Assembly (NCBI RefSeq): GCF_053078305.1 | Contig: NZ_CP166879.1 | Direction: 5' to 3' (one strand) | DNA: 64,000 nucleotides | Shown: piece by piece, positions 11,544 to 19,523 of the stretch | How the letters are laid out: every line of letters begins with the position of its first letter | Numbering within the stretch: position 1 is the stretch's first letter | Notes under the pieces: model-generated | What the model was told of the DNA's origin: nothing | The model's input: only the letters and a program-made list of their open reading frames with translations | Database searches by the model: none | Made by a program: the position numbers and the translations under genes

Positions 11544-12329
11544 GTGGTTCTTATGTCCGAAACAAAAAATGAACTTGAAGACCTGCTGGAAAAAGCAGCA
11601 ACCGAACCGGCGCACCGCCCGGCCTTTTTCCGTACTCTACTGGAATCCACCGTCTGGGTGCCTGGTACGGCGGCGCAGGGCGAGGCTGTGGTTGAAGATA
11701 GCGCGCTTGATTTACAGCACTGGGAAAAAGAAGACGGCACCAGCGTCATTCCTTTTTTTACCTCGTTAGAAGCACTTCAACAGGCGGTTGAAGACGAACA
11801 GGCATTTGTCGTAATGCCCGTTCGCACATTGTTTGAGATGACCCTTGGCGAAACGCTCTTCCTTAATGCCAAACTGCCGACCGGTAAAGAATTTATGCCG
11901 CGTGAAATCAGTTTGTTGATTGGTGAAGAGGGAAATCCGCTGAGCAGCCAGGAAATCCTGGAAGGCGGTGAATCGCTGATATTATCGGAAGTCGCAGAGC
12001 CGCCAGCACAAATGATTGATTCACTCACCACCTTATTTAAAACCATTAAGCCTGTGAAGCGTGCTTTTATTTGTTCAATTAAAGAGAACGAAGAGGCACA
12101 GCCTAATTTACTTATTGGCATTGAAGCCGATGGTGATATCGAAGAAATTATTCAGGTGGCGGGAAGTGTAGCGACCGATACATTACCTGGCGATGAACCA
12201 ATCGATATTTGTCAGGTGAAAAAAGGGGAAAAAGGAATTAGCCACTTTATTACCGAACATATTGCGCCATTCTATGAACGTCGCTGGGGTGGTTTTTTGC
12301 GTGACTTTAAACAGAATCGGATAATCTAA
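11544..12329 (+). CDS. sseB: serine sensitivity enhancing protein SseB
   Basis: 261-aa ORF; synteny; alternative start at 11553 (MSETKNE). Confidence 0.8.
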   Translation: MVLMSETKNELEDLLEKAATEPAHRPAFFRTLLESTVWVPGTAAQGEAVVEDSALDLQHWEKEDGTSVIPFFTSLEALQQAVEDEQAFVVMPVRTLFEMTLGETLFLNAKLPTGKEFMPREISLLIGEEGNPLSSQEILEGGESLILSEVAEPPAQMIDSLTTLFKTIKPVKRAFICSIKENEEAQPNLLIGIEADGDIEEIIQVAGSVATDTLPGDEPIDICQVKKGEKGISHFITEHIAPFYERRWGGFLRDFKQNRII

Positions 12330-12646
12330 AATATGCCGCCCCAAAGGGCGGCATTCGGGCTTACCTGCTGCTCTGAAGGTTGTTAATCACCAGTAAATTG
12401 TTACCGGAGAGACTCCGGTTATTATTTACCTCGGTTAACAGCGCACCAGAAACAATAAGTACGATACAAAAGCACCGTATCTTCATTGTGCGGTCCATGC
12501 GAAGACCGCATCACGACAGCACCACTGGCGATATTGCCGCGATAGCAAGCGCTGTGAAACACCTGCATTTACGGCCACGGAACATCCTTTCCTAAAGCCA
12601 GCGCCCGTTTGCGAGACGGCGGAAAGGGCCGGTGTCGATAATACGC
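12330..12646 (-). ncRNA. ryfA: ryfA-like RNA copy 1 (candidate small-protein mRNA, TimP/RyfA family)
   Basis: location between sseB and sseA; minus-strand terminator hairpin at 12332-12353; conserved internal hairpins; predicted length ~300 nt; 5' end inferred. Confidence 0.45.
12361..12498 (-). CDS. 45-codon small hydrophobic ORF inside ryfA-like copy 1 (MDRTMKIRCFCIVLIVSGALLTEVNNNRSLSGNNLLVINNLQSSR), candidate small membrane toxin
   Basis: hand-translated minus strand; conserved in copy 2 with 2 synonymous and 2 conservative changes; not in ORF track (below size cutoff). Confidence 0.4.
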   Translation of the reverse strand: MDRTMKIRCFCIVLIVSGALLTEVNNNRSLSGNNLLVINNLQSSR

Positions 12647-12661
12647 TAAATAAACAATAAT

Positions 12662-12704
12662 TACTCTCTTTTGCTTGACAAAAAGAGAGTTGCTGGCGAA
12701 TATT
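12662..12704. promoter_or_regulatory. palindromic divergent promoter region of ryfA-like locus copy 1
   Basis: inverted repeat ACTCTCTTTT-GCTTGAC-AAAAGAGAGT centred on TTGACA (plus) / TTGTCA (minus) -35-like hexamers. Confidence 0.35.
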
Positions 12705-12709
12705 GCTCT

Positions 12710-12812
12710 GCTGTGAAGCACCTGCGTTGCTCATGCAACACAAGTCAATCTGCTGGAGAGGCCGCGAACCAAACCGGCAACAAATAACCGCCTGATTTTG
12801 GCGGTTTTTTGT
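12710..12812 (+). ncRNA. candidate short plus-strand sRNA divergent from ryfA-like copy 1
   Basis: TTGACA-N18-AATATT promoter-like sequence at 12675-12704 and hairpin+T6 terminator at 12786-12812; internal hairpin GTTGC-loop-GCAAC conserved in copy 2 with loop change. Confidence 0.3.
12786..12812. terminator. bidirectional rho-independent terminator (copy 1)
   Basis: AACCGCC-TGATTT-GGCGGTT followed by TTTTTT. Confidence 0.55.
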
Positions 12813-12930
12813 TGCTTAAAGAAAGTGAATTTACATGTTTAAGTAATATCTTTTACCGGTTAGTATTTTTAATATTGAGCGGGATTTGTTTATATTTGTC
12901 TGAATTCGGACTAATAAGCCAGGTTATTTT

Positions 12931-13010
12931 ATTACTGACATATTGCGCCATTCTATGAACGTCGCTGGGGTGGTTTTTTGCATCACTTTAAACAGAATCG
13001 GATAATCTAA
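12931..13010 (+). pseudogene. duplicated 3' fragment of sseB carried on repeat unit 2
   Basis: near-identical to sseB codons for ...HIAPFYERRWGGFLRDFKQNRII* but without upstream gene. Confidence 0.55.
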
Positions 13011-13327
13011 AATATGCCGCCCCAAAGGGCGGCATTCGGGCTTACCTGCTGTTCTGAAGGTTGTTGACCACCAGTAAATTGTTGCCGGAGAGACTCCGGT
13101 TATTATTTACCTCGGTTAACAGCGCACCAGAAACAATAAGTACGATACAGAAGCACCGTATCTTCATTGTGCGGTCCATGCGAAGACCGCATCACGACAG
13201 CACCACTGGCGATATTGCCGCGATAGCAAGCACTGTGGGGTGCCTGTATTTACGGTCATGGAACATCCTTTCCTAAAGCCAGCGCCCGTTTGCGAGACGG
13301 CGAAAAGGGCCATTAAGAATAATACTC
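13011..13327 (-). ncRNA. ryfA: ryfA-like RNA copy 2
   Basis: 681-bp offset copy of 12330..12646 with conserved terminator hairpin at 13013-13034. Confidence 0.4.
13042..13179 (-). CDS. 45-codon small hydrophobic ORF, copy 2 (…VVNNLQNSR)
   Basis: same frame and length as 12361..12498; differences F(ttt>ttc) and G(ggt>ggc) synonymous, I>V and S>N conservative. Confidence 0.4.
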   Translation of the reverse strand: MDRTMKIRCFCIVLIVSGALLTEVNNNRSLSGNNLLVVNNLQNSR

Positions 13328-13391
13328 TCATGTTTGAATAATTACTCTGTTTATTATCTTGACACAGCCAGGCATAAAAGAGAGTATTTCA

Positions 13392-13495
13392 ACACTGTGG
13401 GGTGCCTGCGTTGCTCCGGCAACACAAGTCAACCTGCTGGAAAGGCCGCGAACCAGACCAGCAATAAAAAACCGCCAAATTCGGCGGTTTTTTAT
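13392..13495 (+). ncRNA. candidate short plus-strand sRNA, copy 2
   Basis: homolog of 12710..12812 ending at hairpin AAAAACCGCC-AAATTC-GGCGGTTTTT. Confidence 0.3.
13466..13495. terminator. bidirectional terminator shared by sseA and ryfA-like locus
   Basis: perfect hairpin flanked by A6 and T6, 15 bp beyond sseA stop. Confidence 0.6.
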
Positions 13496-13509
13496 TGCCT
13501 GTAAAAAGC

Positions 13510-14355
13510 TTATTTCAATGGCTCAACCGGTAAATCTGCCCGCGCGCCCCATTCACTCCATGCGCCGTCGTACAGTTTCACGTTTGGCACATCCAGCGTC
13601 GCGAGTGCCAACAAAACCACGGCTGCTGTTACACCAGAGCCGCAGCTGACGATAATCGGTTTGTCATAGCTGACGCCGCGACCAAAAAATATCGCATCCA
13701 GTTCATCGGTCGTTTTTAGTTCGCCTTCGCGCACCAGTTCCGTCCACGGAACGTTCAATGCACCTGGAATATGTCCGCGACGTAAACCTGGGCGAGGTTC
13801 ATCAACTTCTGCGTTAAAACGTGCAGCCGGGCGGGCATCAATAATTTGCGCCGTATTTTCATGGCTTGCCAATAACACATCGGTTACTTTCACCACTACT
13901 TCAGGATTAAACGCGGCGTTAAACTCTCCTTCCGGCAGCTCTACTGCACCTTCTTCTAACAACAGATCATCGCGCTGCCAGCCTGCAAGTCCACCCCCCA
14001 GAATCGACACTTTCTCTACACCAAAGGTGCGCAGCATCCACCATGCTCGTGGGGCTGAGAAAAGATTACCTTCGTCATAGACAATCAGGTGCTTATCCTG
14101 GTTAACGCCTAATTCACGCATCGCCACGGCGAACGTTTCCGGGCGCGGCAGCATGTGCGGAAGCGGGGAAGTGTGATCAGAAAGCGCTTCGATATCAAAA
14201 AACACTGCGCCGGGAATATGTCCATTCAGATACTCCTGAGCAACGTTACGATCTTCCTGTCCAGGCGACGCCATGCGGGCATCGATAATCTGAATTTCCG
14301 GGTCATCAATATGTTCGGCGAGCCAGTCGGCTCCTACAAACCATGTCGTGGACAT
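13510..14355 (-). CDS. sseA: 3-mercaptopyruvate sulfurtransferase SseA
   Basis: ORF track 13510..14514; recognised start MSTTWFVGADWL gives 281 aa; rhodanese CSGSGVTA motif. Confidence 0.9.
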   Translation of the reverse strand: MSTTWFVGADWLAEHIDDPEIQIIDARMASPGQEDRNVAQEYLNGHIPGAVFFDIEALSDHTSPLPHMLPRPETFAVAMRELGVNQDKHLIVYDEGNLFSAPRAWWMLRTFGVEKVSILGGGLAGWQRDDLLLEEGAVELPEGEFNAAFNPEVVVKVTDVLLASHENTAQIIDARPAARFNAEVDEPRPGLRRGHIPGALNVPWTELVREGELKTTDELDAIFFGRGVSYDKPIIVSCGSGVTAAVVLLALATLDVPNVKLYDGAWSEWGARADLPVEPLK

Positions 14356-14561
14356 AGGCATCTCCATTTTTGCCGGGGTTAGGCTAAATTGTCGGATGTT
14401 TAGTGAAAAGCGACAAGCAAAAGAGGCTGATTTGGCTGTCTGAGCCACAATTCTCACTAAAATTCGGATTGTATGGGCGTGATACTGAATTACATAACGT
14501 AAATTCTCACGCATAATAATTATTCGACGTTGCTAACGGGCCATTGTGGCAGGGATGAAAA

Positions 14562-17500
14562 ATGAAAAAGTTACGCGTAGCCGCCTGCATGCTAATGCTG
14601 GCGCTGGCAGGGTGCGACAACAACGATAACGCGCCAACAGCGGTGAAAAAAGATGCGCCTTCTGAAGTTACTAAAGCGGCCTCTTCAGAAAACGCGAGTT
14701 CAGCAAAACTCTCCGCGCCAGAGCGACAAAAACTGGCCCAACAGAGTGCCGGTAAGGCGCTGACATTGCTGGATCTCTCTGAAGTCCAACTTGATGGTGC
14801 AGCCACGCTGGTGCTGACGTTCTCCATCCCTCTCGACCCGGATCAGGATTTCTCACGCGTTATTCATGTCGTCGATAAAAAAAGCGGCAAAGTGGATGGT
14901 GCCTGGGAGCTGTCAGATAATCTTAAAGAGCTGCGTTTACGCCACCTCGAACCGAAACGTGATTTGATCGTTACTATTGGCAAGGAGGTCAAAGCACTCA
15001 ACAACGCAACCTTCAGTAAAGATTACGAAAAAACTATAACTACCCGCGACATCCAACCCAGCGTCGGTTTTGCCAGCCGTGGTTCGCTGCTGCCAGGTAA
15101 AGTCGTTGAAGGGCTGCCGGTAATGGCGCTCAACGTTAATAATGTCGATGTTAACTTCTTCCGCGTTAAGCCAGAATCTCTGCCAGCATTCATCAGCCAA
15201 TGGGAATACCGCAATTCGCTGGCGAACTGGCAGTCAGACAAACTGCTGCAGATGGCGGATCTGGTCTACACCGGACGGTTTGATCTCAATCCTGCGCGTA
15301 ACACCCGTGAAAAATTATTGCTGCCGCTGGGCGATATCAAACCGCTTCAGCAGGCGGGCGTGTATCTGGCTGTGATGAATCAGGCTGGACGTTACGATTA
15401 CAGTAATCCCGCGACGCTGTTTACGTTAAGTGATATCGGCGTTTCAGCTCATCGTTATCACAATCGTCTGGATATCTTTACCCAAAGTCTGGAAAACGGC
15501 GCGGCCCAGCAAGGAATTGAAGTCTCTTTATTAAATGAGAAAGGGCAGACTCTGACTCAGGCAACCAGTGACGCTCAGGGGCATGTGCAGCTGGAAAATG
15601 ATAAAAACGCCGCATTATTGCTGGCACGTAAAGACGGTCAGACAACGCTACTCGATTTAAAACTTCCGGCGCTGGACTTAGCAGAATTTAACATTGCTGG
15701 CGCGCCAGGCTATAGCAAACAGTTTTTCATGTTTGGCCCGCGCGATCTTTATCGCCCGGGAGAAACGGTCATCCTCAATGGTTTGCTGCGTGATGCAGAC
15801 GGTAAAGCGTTGCCCAATCAACCCATCAAGTTAGACGTGATTAAACCCGATGGGCAGGTACTCAGGAGCGTCGTTAGTCAGCCGGAAAATGGCCTCTACC
15901 ACTTTACCTGGCCACTCGATAGCAATGCGGCAACCGGTATGTGGCATATTCGTGCTAACACGGGCGATAACCAGTATCGGATGTGGGATTTCCACGTCGA
16001 AGATTTTATGCCAGAGCGTATGGCGCTGAATCTGACCGGTGAGAAAACCCCGCTTACGCCGAATGATGAAGTGAAATTCTCCGTGGTGGGATACTACCTG
16101 TACGGTGCGCCTGCTAATGGTAATACTTTGCAAGGGCAACTTTTCCTGCGCCCACTGCGTGAGGCTGTGTCAGCCTTACCTGGTTTTGAATTCGGCGATA
16201 TAGCTGCCGAAAACCTTTCCCGCACGCTGGATGAAGTTCAGTTGACGCTGGATGATAAAGGGCGCGGCGAAGTTTCTACAGAAAGCCAGTGGAAGGAAAC
16301 GCATTCCCCATTGCAGGTTATTTTCCAGGGCAGTTTGCTGGAATCGGGCGGTCGCCCGGTGACGCGCCGTGCTGAGCAGGCTATCTGGCCAGCCGATGCA
16401 TTGCCGGGGATCCGTCCGCAGTTCGCCTCGAAATCGGTTTACGATTATCGCACTGACAGCACGGTGAAACAGCCCATTGTTGATGAAGGCAGTAACGCCG
16501 CTTTTGACATCGTTTATAGCGATGCGCAAGGCGTGAAAAAAGCCGTGTCGGGCTTGCAGGTGCGCCTGATTCGCGAACGCCGCGATTACTACTGGAACTG
16601 GTCAGAAGATGAAGGCTGGCAATCACAGTTTGATCAAAAAGATCTGATTGAAAATGAACAAACTCTGGATCTGAAAGCGGACGAAACCGGCAAGGTCAGT
16701 TTCCCGGTAGAGTGGGGCGCTTATCGTCTGGAAGTCAAAGCGCCGAATGAAGCGGTCAGTAGTGTGCGTTTCTGGGCTGGCTATAGCTGGCAGGACAACA
16801 GCGACGGGAGCGGTGCCGTGCGACCCGACCGTGTCACGCTGAAACTAGATAAAGCCAGTTATCGCCCTGGCGATACCATTAAGTTGCATATTGCCGCGCC
16901 AACGGCGGGTAAAGGTTATGCGATGGTCGAGTCCAGTGAAGGGCCGCTGTGGTGGCAAGAGATTGATGTTCCGGCTCAAGGGCTTGATCTGACGATTCCG
17001 GTCGATAAAACCTGGAATCGTCATGATCTTTATTTGAGTACGCTGGTGGTGCGTCCTGGCGATAAATCTCGCTCCGCGACGCCAAAACGCGCGGTTGGTG
17101 TGTTGCATCTGCCGCTTGGTGATGAAAACCGTCGCCTCGGTCTGGCGCTGGAAACACCAGCAAAAATGCGTCCCAATCAACCATTAACCGTGAAAATTAA
17201 AGCCAGCACTAAAAATGGCGAGAAGCCTAAACAGGTGAATGTGCTGGTGTCTGCCGTTGATAGTGGTGTGCTGAATATTACTGACTACGTCACGCCAGAT
17301 CCGTGGCAGGCGTTCTTTGGTCAGAAACGCTATGGCGCAGACATTTACGATATTTACGGTCAGGTTATTGAAGGTCAGGGGCGTCTGGCAGCTCTGCGTT
17401 TCGGTGGCGATGGTGATGAGCTGAAACGTGGTGGTAAACCGCCGGTCAATCACGTCAATATTGTCGCGCAGCAGGCGCTGCCGGTAACGCTCAACGAACA

Positions 17501-19523
17501 GGGCGAAGGCTCGGTTACACTGCCGATTGGCGATTTTAACGGTGAATTGCGCGTCATGGCGCAAGCCTGGACGGCAGATGACTTCGGTAGCAACGAAAGC
17601 AAAGTGATAGTTGCCGCACCGGTGATTGCTGAACTGAACATGCCGCGCTTTATGGCGAGTGGCGATACCTCGCGTCTGACGCTGGATATCACTAATCTTA
17701 CCGATAAACCGCAAAAACTGAACGTTGCCCTGACCGCCAGTGGTTTGCTTGAACTGGTCAGCGATTCACCCGCAGCCGTTGAATTAGCGCCAGGTGTGCG
17801 TACTACGCTGTTTATCCCGGTGCGAGCATTGCCGGGTTATGGCGATGGAGAAATTCAGGCCACCATTAGCGGGTTAGCGTTACCGGGTGAAACCGTTGCC
17901 GATCAGCATAAGCAGTGGAAAATCGGCGTCCGTCCGGCGTTCCCGGCACAAACGGTTAATTACGGTACGGCGTTACAGCCTGGTGAGACATGGGCGATTC
18001 CGGCGGATGGATTGCAAAACTTCTCGCCTGTTACGCTGGAAGGGCAATTGTTGTTGAGCGGCAAACCACCGCTGAACATCGCACGTTATATCAAAGAGTT
18101 AAAAGCGTATCCGTACGGCTGTCTTGAGCAAACCGCCAGCGGCCTGTTCCCGTCACTTTATACCAACGCAGCCCAACTGCAGGCGTTGGGCATCAAAGGC
18201 GACAGTGATGAGAAACGCCGTGCATCGGTCGATATCGGCATTTCCCGTTTGCTGCAAATGCAACGTGATAACGGCGGCTTTGTGCTGTGGGATAAAAACG
18301 GTGACGAAGAGTACTGGCTGACGGCTTACGTGATGGATTTCCTGGTCCGCGCAGGCGAACAGGGTTACAGCGTGCCGACAGACGCCATTAACCGGGGTAA
18401 TGAGCGTCTGCTGCGCTATTTACAAGATCCGGGCATGATGTCGATCCCGTACGCGGATAATCTCAAAGCCAGTAAATTCGCCGTACAGTCTTACGCTGCG
18501 CTGGTGTTGGCCCGTCAGCAAAAGGCTCCGCTGGGTGCGCTGCGTGAAATCTGGGAGCATCGTGCAGATGCCGCTTCTGGTTTACCGCTGCTGCAACTTG
18601 GCGTTGCGCTGAAAACCATGGGTGATGCAACGCGTGGTGAAGAAGCGATTGTGCTGGCGCTGAAAACGCCGAGAAATAGTGATGAGCGGATATGGCTGGG
18701 TGATTACGGTAGTCCACTGCGCGACAACGCGTTAATGCTCTCCTTGCTGGAAGAAAATAAACTGCTACCCGATGAGCAGTACACTTTGCTGAACACACTT
18801 TCGCAGCAGGCGTTTGGTGAACGCTGGCTATCGACGCAGGAAAGTAACGCGTTGTTCCTGGCTGCCCGTACGATTCAGGATTTACCGGGTAAATGGCAGG
18901 CGCAAACCTCTTTCTCAGCTGAGCCGCTGACAGGCGAGAAAGCGCAAAACAGCAATCTGAATAGCGATCAACTTGCCACCTTGCAGGTGAGCAACAGTGG
19001 CGATCAGCCGTTATGGTTGCGTGTGGATGCCAGCGGTTATCCGCAATCCGCACCTTTACCGGCGAACAATGTGCTGCAAATCGAGCGTCATATTCTTGGT
19101 ACTGATGGTAAGAGCAAATCGCTGGACTCGTTACGTAGCGGCGATCTGGTGCTGGTGTGGTTGCAGGTAAAAGCCAGTAACAGCGTGCCGGATGCGTTGG
19201 TCGTGGATCTGCTGCCTGCGGGTCTGGAACTGGAAAACCAGAATCTGGCGAACGGTAGCGCCAGCCTGGAGCAAAGTGGTGGCGAAGTGCAGAACTTACT
19301 GAACCAGATGCAGCAGGCGAGTATTAAGCACATTGAGTTCCGTGACGATCGCTTTGTGGCGGCGGTTGCCGTTGATGAATACCAACCGGTAACGCTGGTG
19401 TATCTGGCGCGGGCGGTGACGCCGGGAACGTATCAGGTACCGCAACCGATGGTGGAATCAATGTATGTTCCCCAATGGCGGGCGACCGGCGCGGCTGAAG
19501 ATTTGCTGATTGTCAGACCGTAA
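14562..19523 (+). CDS. yfhM: alpha-2-macroglobulin family lipoprotein YfhM
   Basis: 1653-aa ORF with lipobox LAGC and thioester-region motif CLEQ. Confidence 0.9.
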   Translation: MKKLRVAACMLMLALAGCDNNDNAPTAVKKDAPSEVTKAASSENASSAKLSAPERQKLAQQSAGKALTLLDLSEVQLDGAATLVLTFSIPLDPDQDFSRVIHVVDKKSGKVDGAWELSDNLKELRLRHLEPKRDLIVTIGKEVKALNNATFSKDYEKTITTRDIQPSVGFASRGSLLPGKVVEGLPVMALNVNNVDVNFFRVKPESLPAFISQWEYRNSLANWQSDKLLQMADLVYTGRFDLNPARNTREKLLLPLGDIKPLQQAGVYLAVMNQAGRYDYSNPATLFTLSDIGVSAHRYHNRLDIFTQSLENGAAQQGIEVSLLNEKGQTLTQATSDAQGHVQLENDKNAALLLARKDGQTTLLDLKLPALDLAEFNIAGAPGYSKQFFMFGPRDLYRPGETVILNGLLRDADGKALPNQPIKLDVIKPDGQVLRSVVSQPENGLYHFTWPLDSNAATGMWHIRANTGDNQYRMWDFHVEDFMPERMALNLTGEKTPLTPNDEVKFSVVGYYLYGAPANGNTLQGQLFLRPLREAVSALPGFEFGDIAAENLSRTLDEVQLTLDDKGRGEVSTESQWKETHSPLQVIFQGSLLESGGRPVTRRAEQAIWPADALPGIRPQFASKSVYDYRTDSTVKQPIVDEGSNAAFDIVYSDAQGVKKAVSGLQVRLIRERRDYYWNWSEDEGWQSQFDQKDLIENEQTLDLKADETGKVSFPVEWGAYRLEVKAPNEAVSSVRFWAGYSWQDNSDGSGAVRPDRVTLKLDKASYRPGDTIKLHIAAPTAGKGYAMVESSEGPLWWQEIDVPAQGLDLTIPVDKTWNRHDLYLSTLVVRPGDKSRSATPKRAVGVLHLPLGDENRRLGLALETPAKMRPNQPLTVKIKASTKNGEKPKQVNVLVSAVDSGVLNITDYVTPDPWQAFFGQKRYGADIYDIYGQVIEGQGRLAALRFGGDGDELKRGGKPPVNHVNIVAQQALPVTLNEQGEGSVTLPIGDFNGELRVMAQAWTADDFGSNESKVIVAAPVIAELNMPRFMASGDTSRLTLDITNLTDKPQKLNVALTASGLLELVSDSPAAVELAPGVRTTLFIPVRALPGYGDGEIQATISGLALPGETVADQHKQWKIGVRPAFPAQTVNYGTALQPGETWAIPADGLQNFSPVTLEGQLLLSGKPPLNIARYIKELKAYPYGCLEQTASGLFPSLYTNAAQLQALGIKGDSDEKRRASVDIGISRLLQMQRDNGGFVLWDKNGDEEYWLTAYVMDFLVRAGEQGYSVPTDAINRGNERLLRYLQDPGMMSIPYADNLKASKFAVQSYAALVLARQQKAPLGALREIWEHRADAASGLPLLQLGVALKTMGDATRGEEAIVLALKTPRNSDERIWLGDYGSPLRDNALMLSLLEENKLLPDEQYTLLNTLSQQAFGERWLSTQESNALFLAARTIQDLPGKWQAQTSFSAEPLTGEKAQNSNLNSDQLATLQVSNSGDQPLWLRVDASGYPQSAPLPANNVLQIERHILGTDGKSKSLDSLRSGDLVLVWLQVKASNSVPDALVVDLLPAGLELENQNLANGSASLEQSGGEVQNLLNQMQQASIKHIEFRDDRFVAAVAVDEYQPVTLVYLARAVTPGTYQVPQPMVESMYVPQWRATGAAEDLLIVRP

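Larger units (their letters stand above)
12250..12930. repeat. tandem repeat unit 1 (last ~80 bp of sseB + ryfA-like locus + terminator + AT-rich spacer)
   Basis: direct read: ~95% identical to 12931..13500 with substitutions only over the aligned part. Confidence 0.75.
12931..13500. repeat. tandem repeat unit 2
   Basis: second copy offset by 681 bp; ends at bidirectional terminator before sseA. Confidence 0.75.

Noticed and set aside
12511-12585. Alternative 24-codon minus-strand ORF (MFRGRKCRCFTALAIAAISPVVLS) in ryfA-like copy 1
   Set aside because: The N-terminal half differs by clustered nonsynonymous changes in copy 2 and it lacks a recognisable SD; weaker candidate than the 45-codon ORF
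12380-12595. 71-aa plus-strand ORFs conserved in both ryfA-like copies (also 13061..13276)
   Set aside because: They lie antisense to the better-supported small minus-strand ORF and across predicted RNA hairpins; differences between copies are mostly nonsynonymous at the C-terminus; more likely non-coding
12483-12743. 86-aa minus-strand ORF spanning the ryfA-like promoter region
   Set aside because: Not conserved in copy 2 and starts upstream of the inferred promoter
14507-14827. 106-aa minus-strand ORF overlapping the yfhM start
   Set aside because: Antisense to the yfhM signal-peptide region; Ala/Ser-rich low-complexity translation
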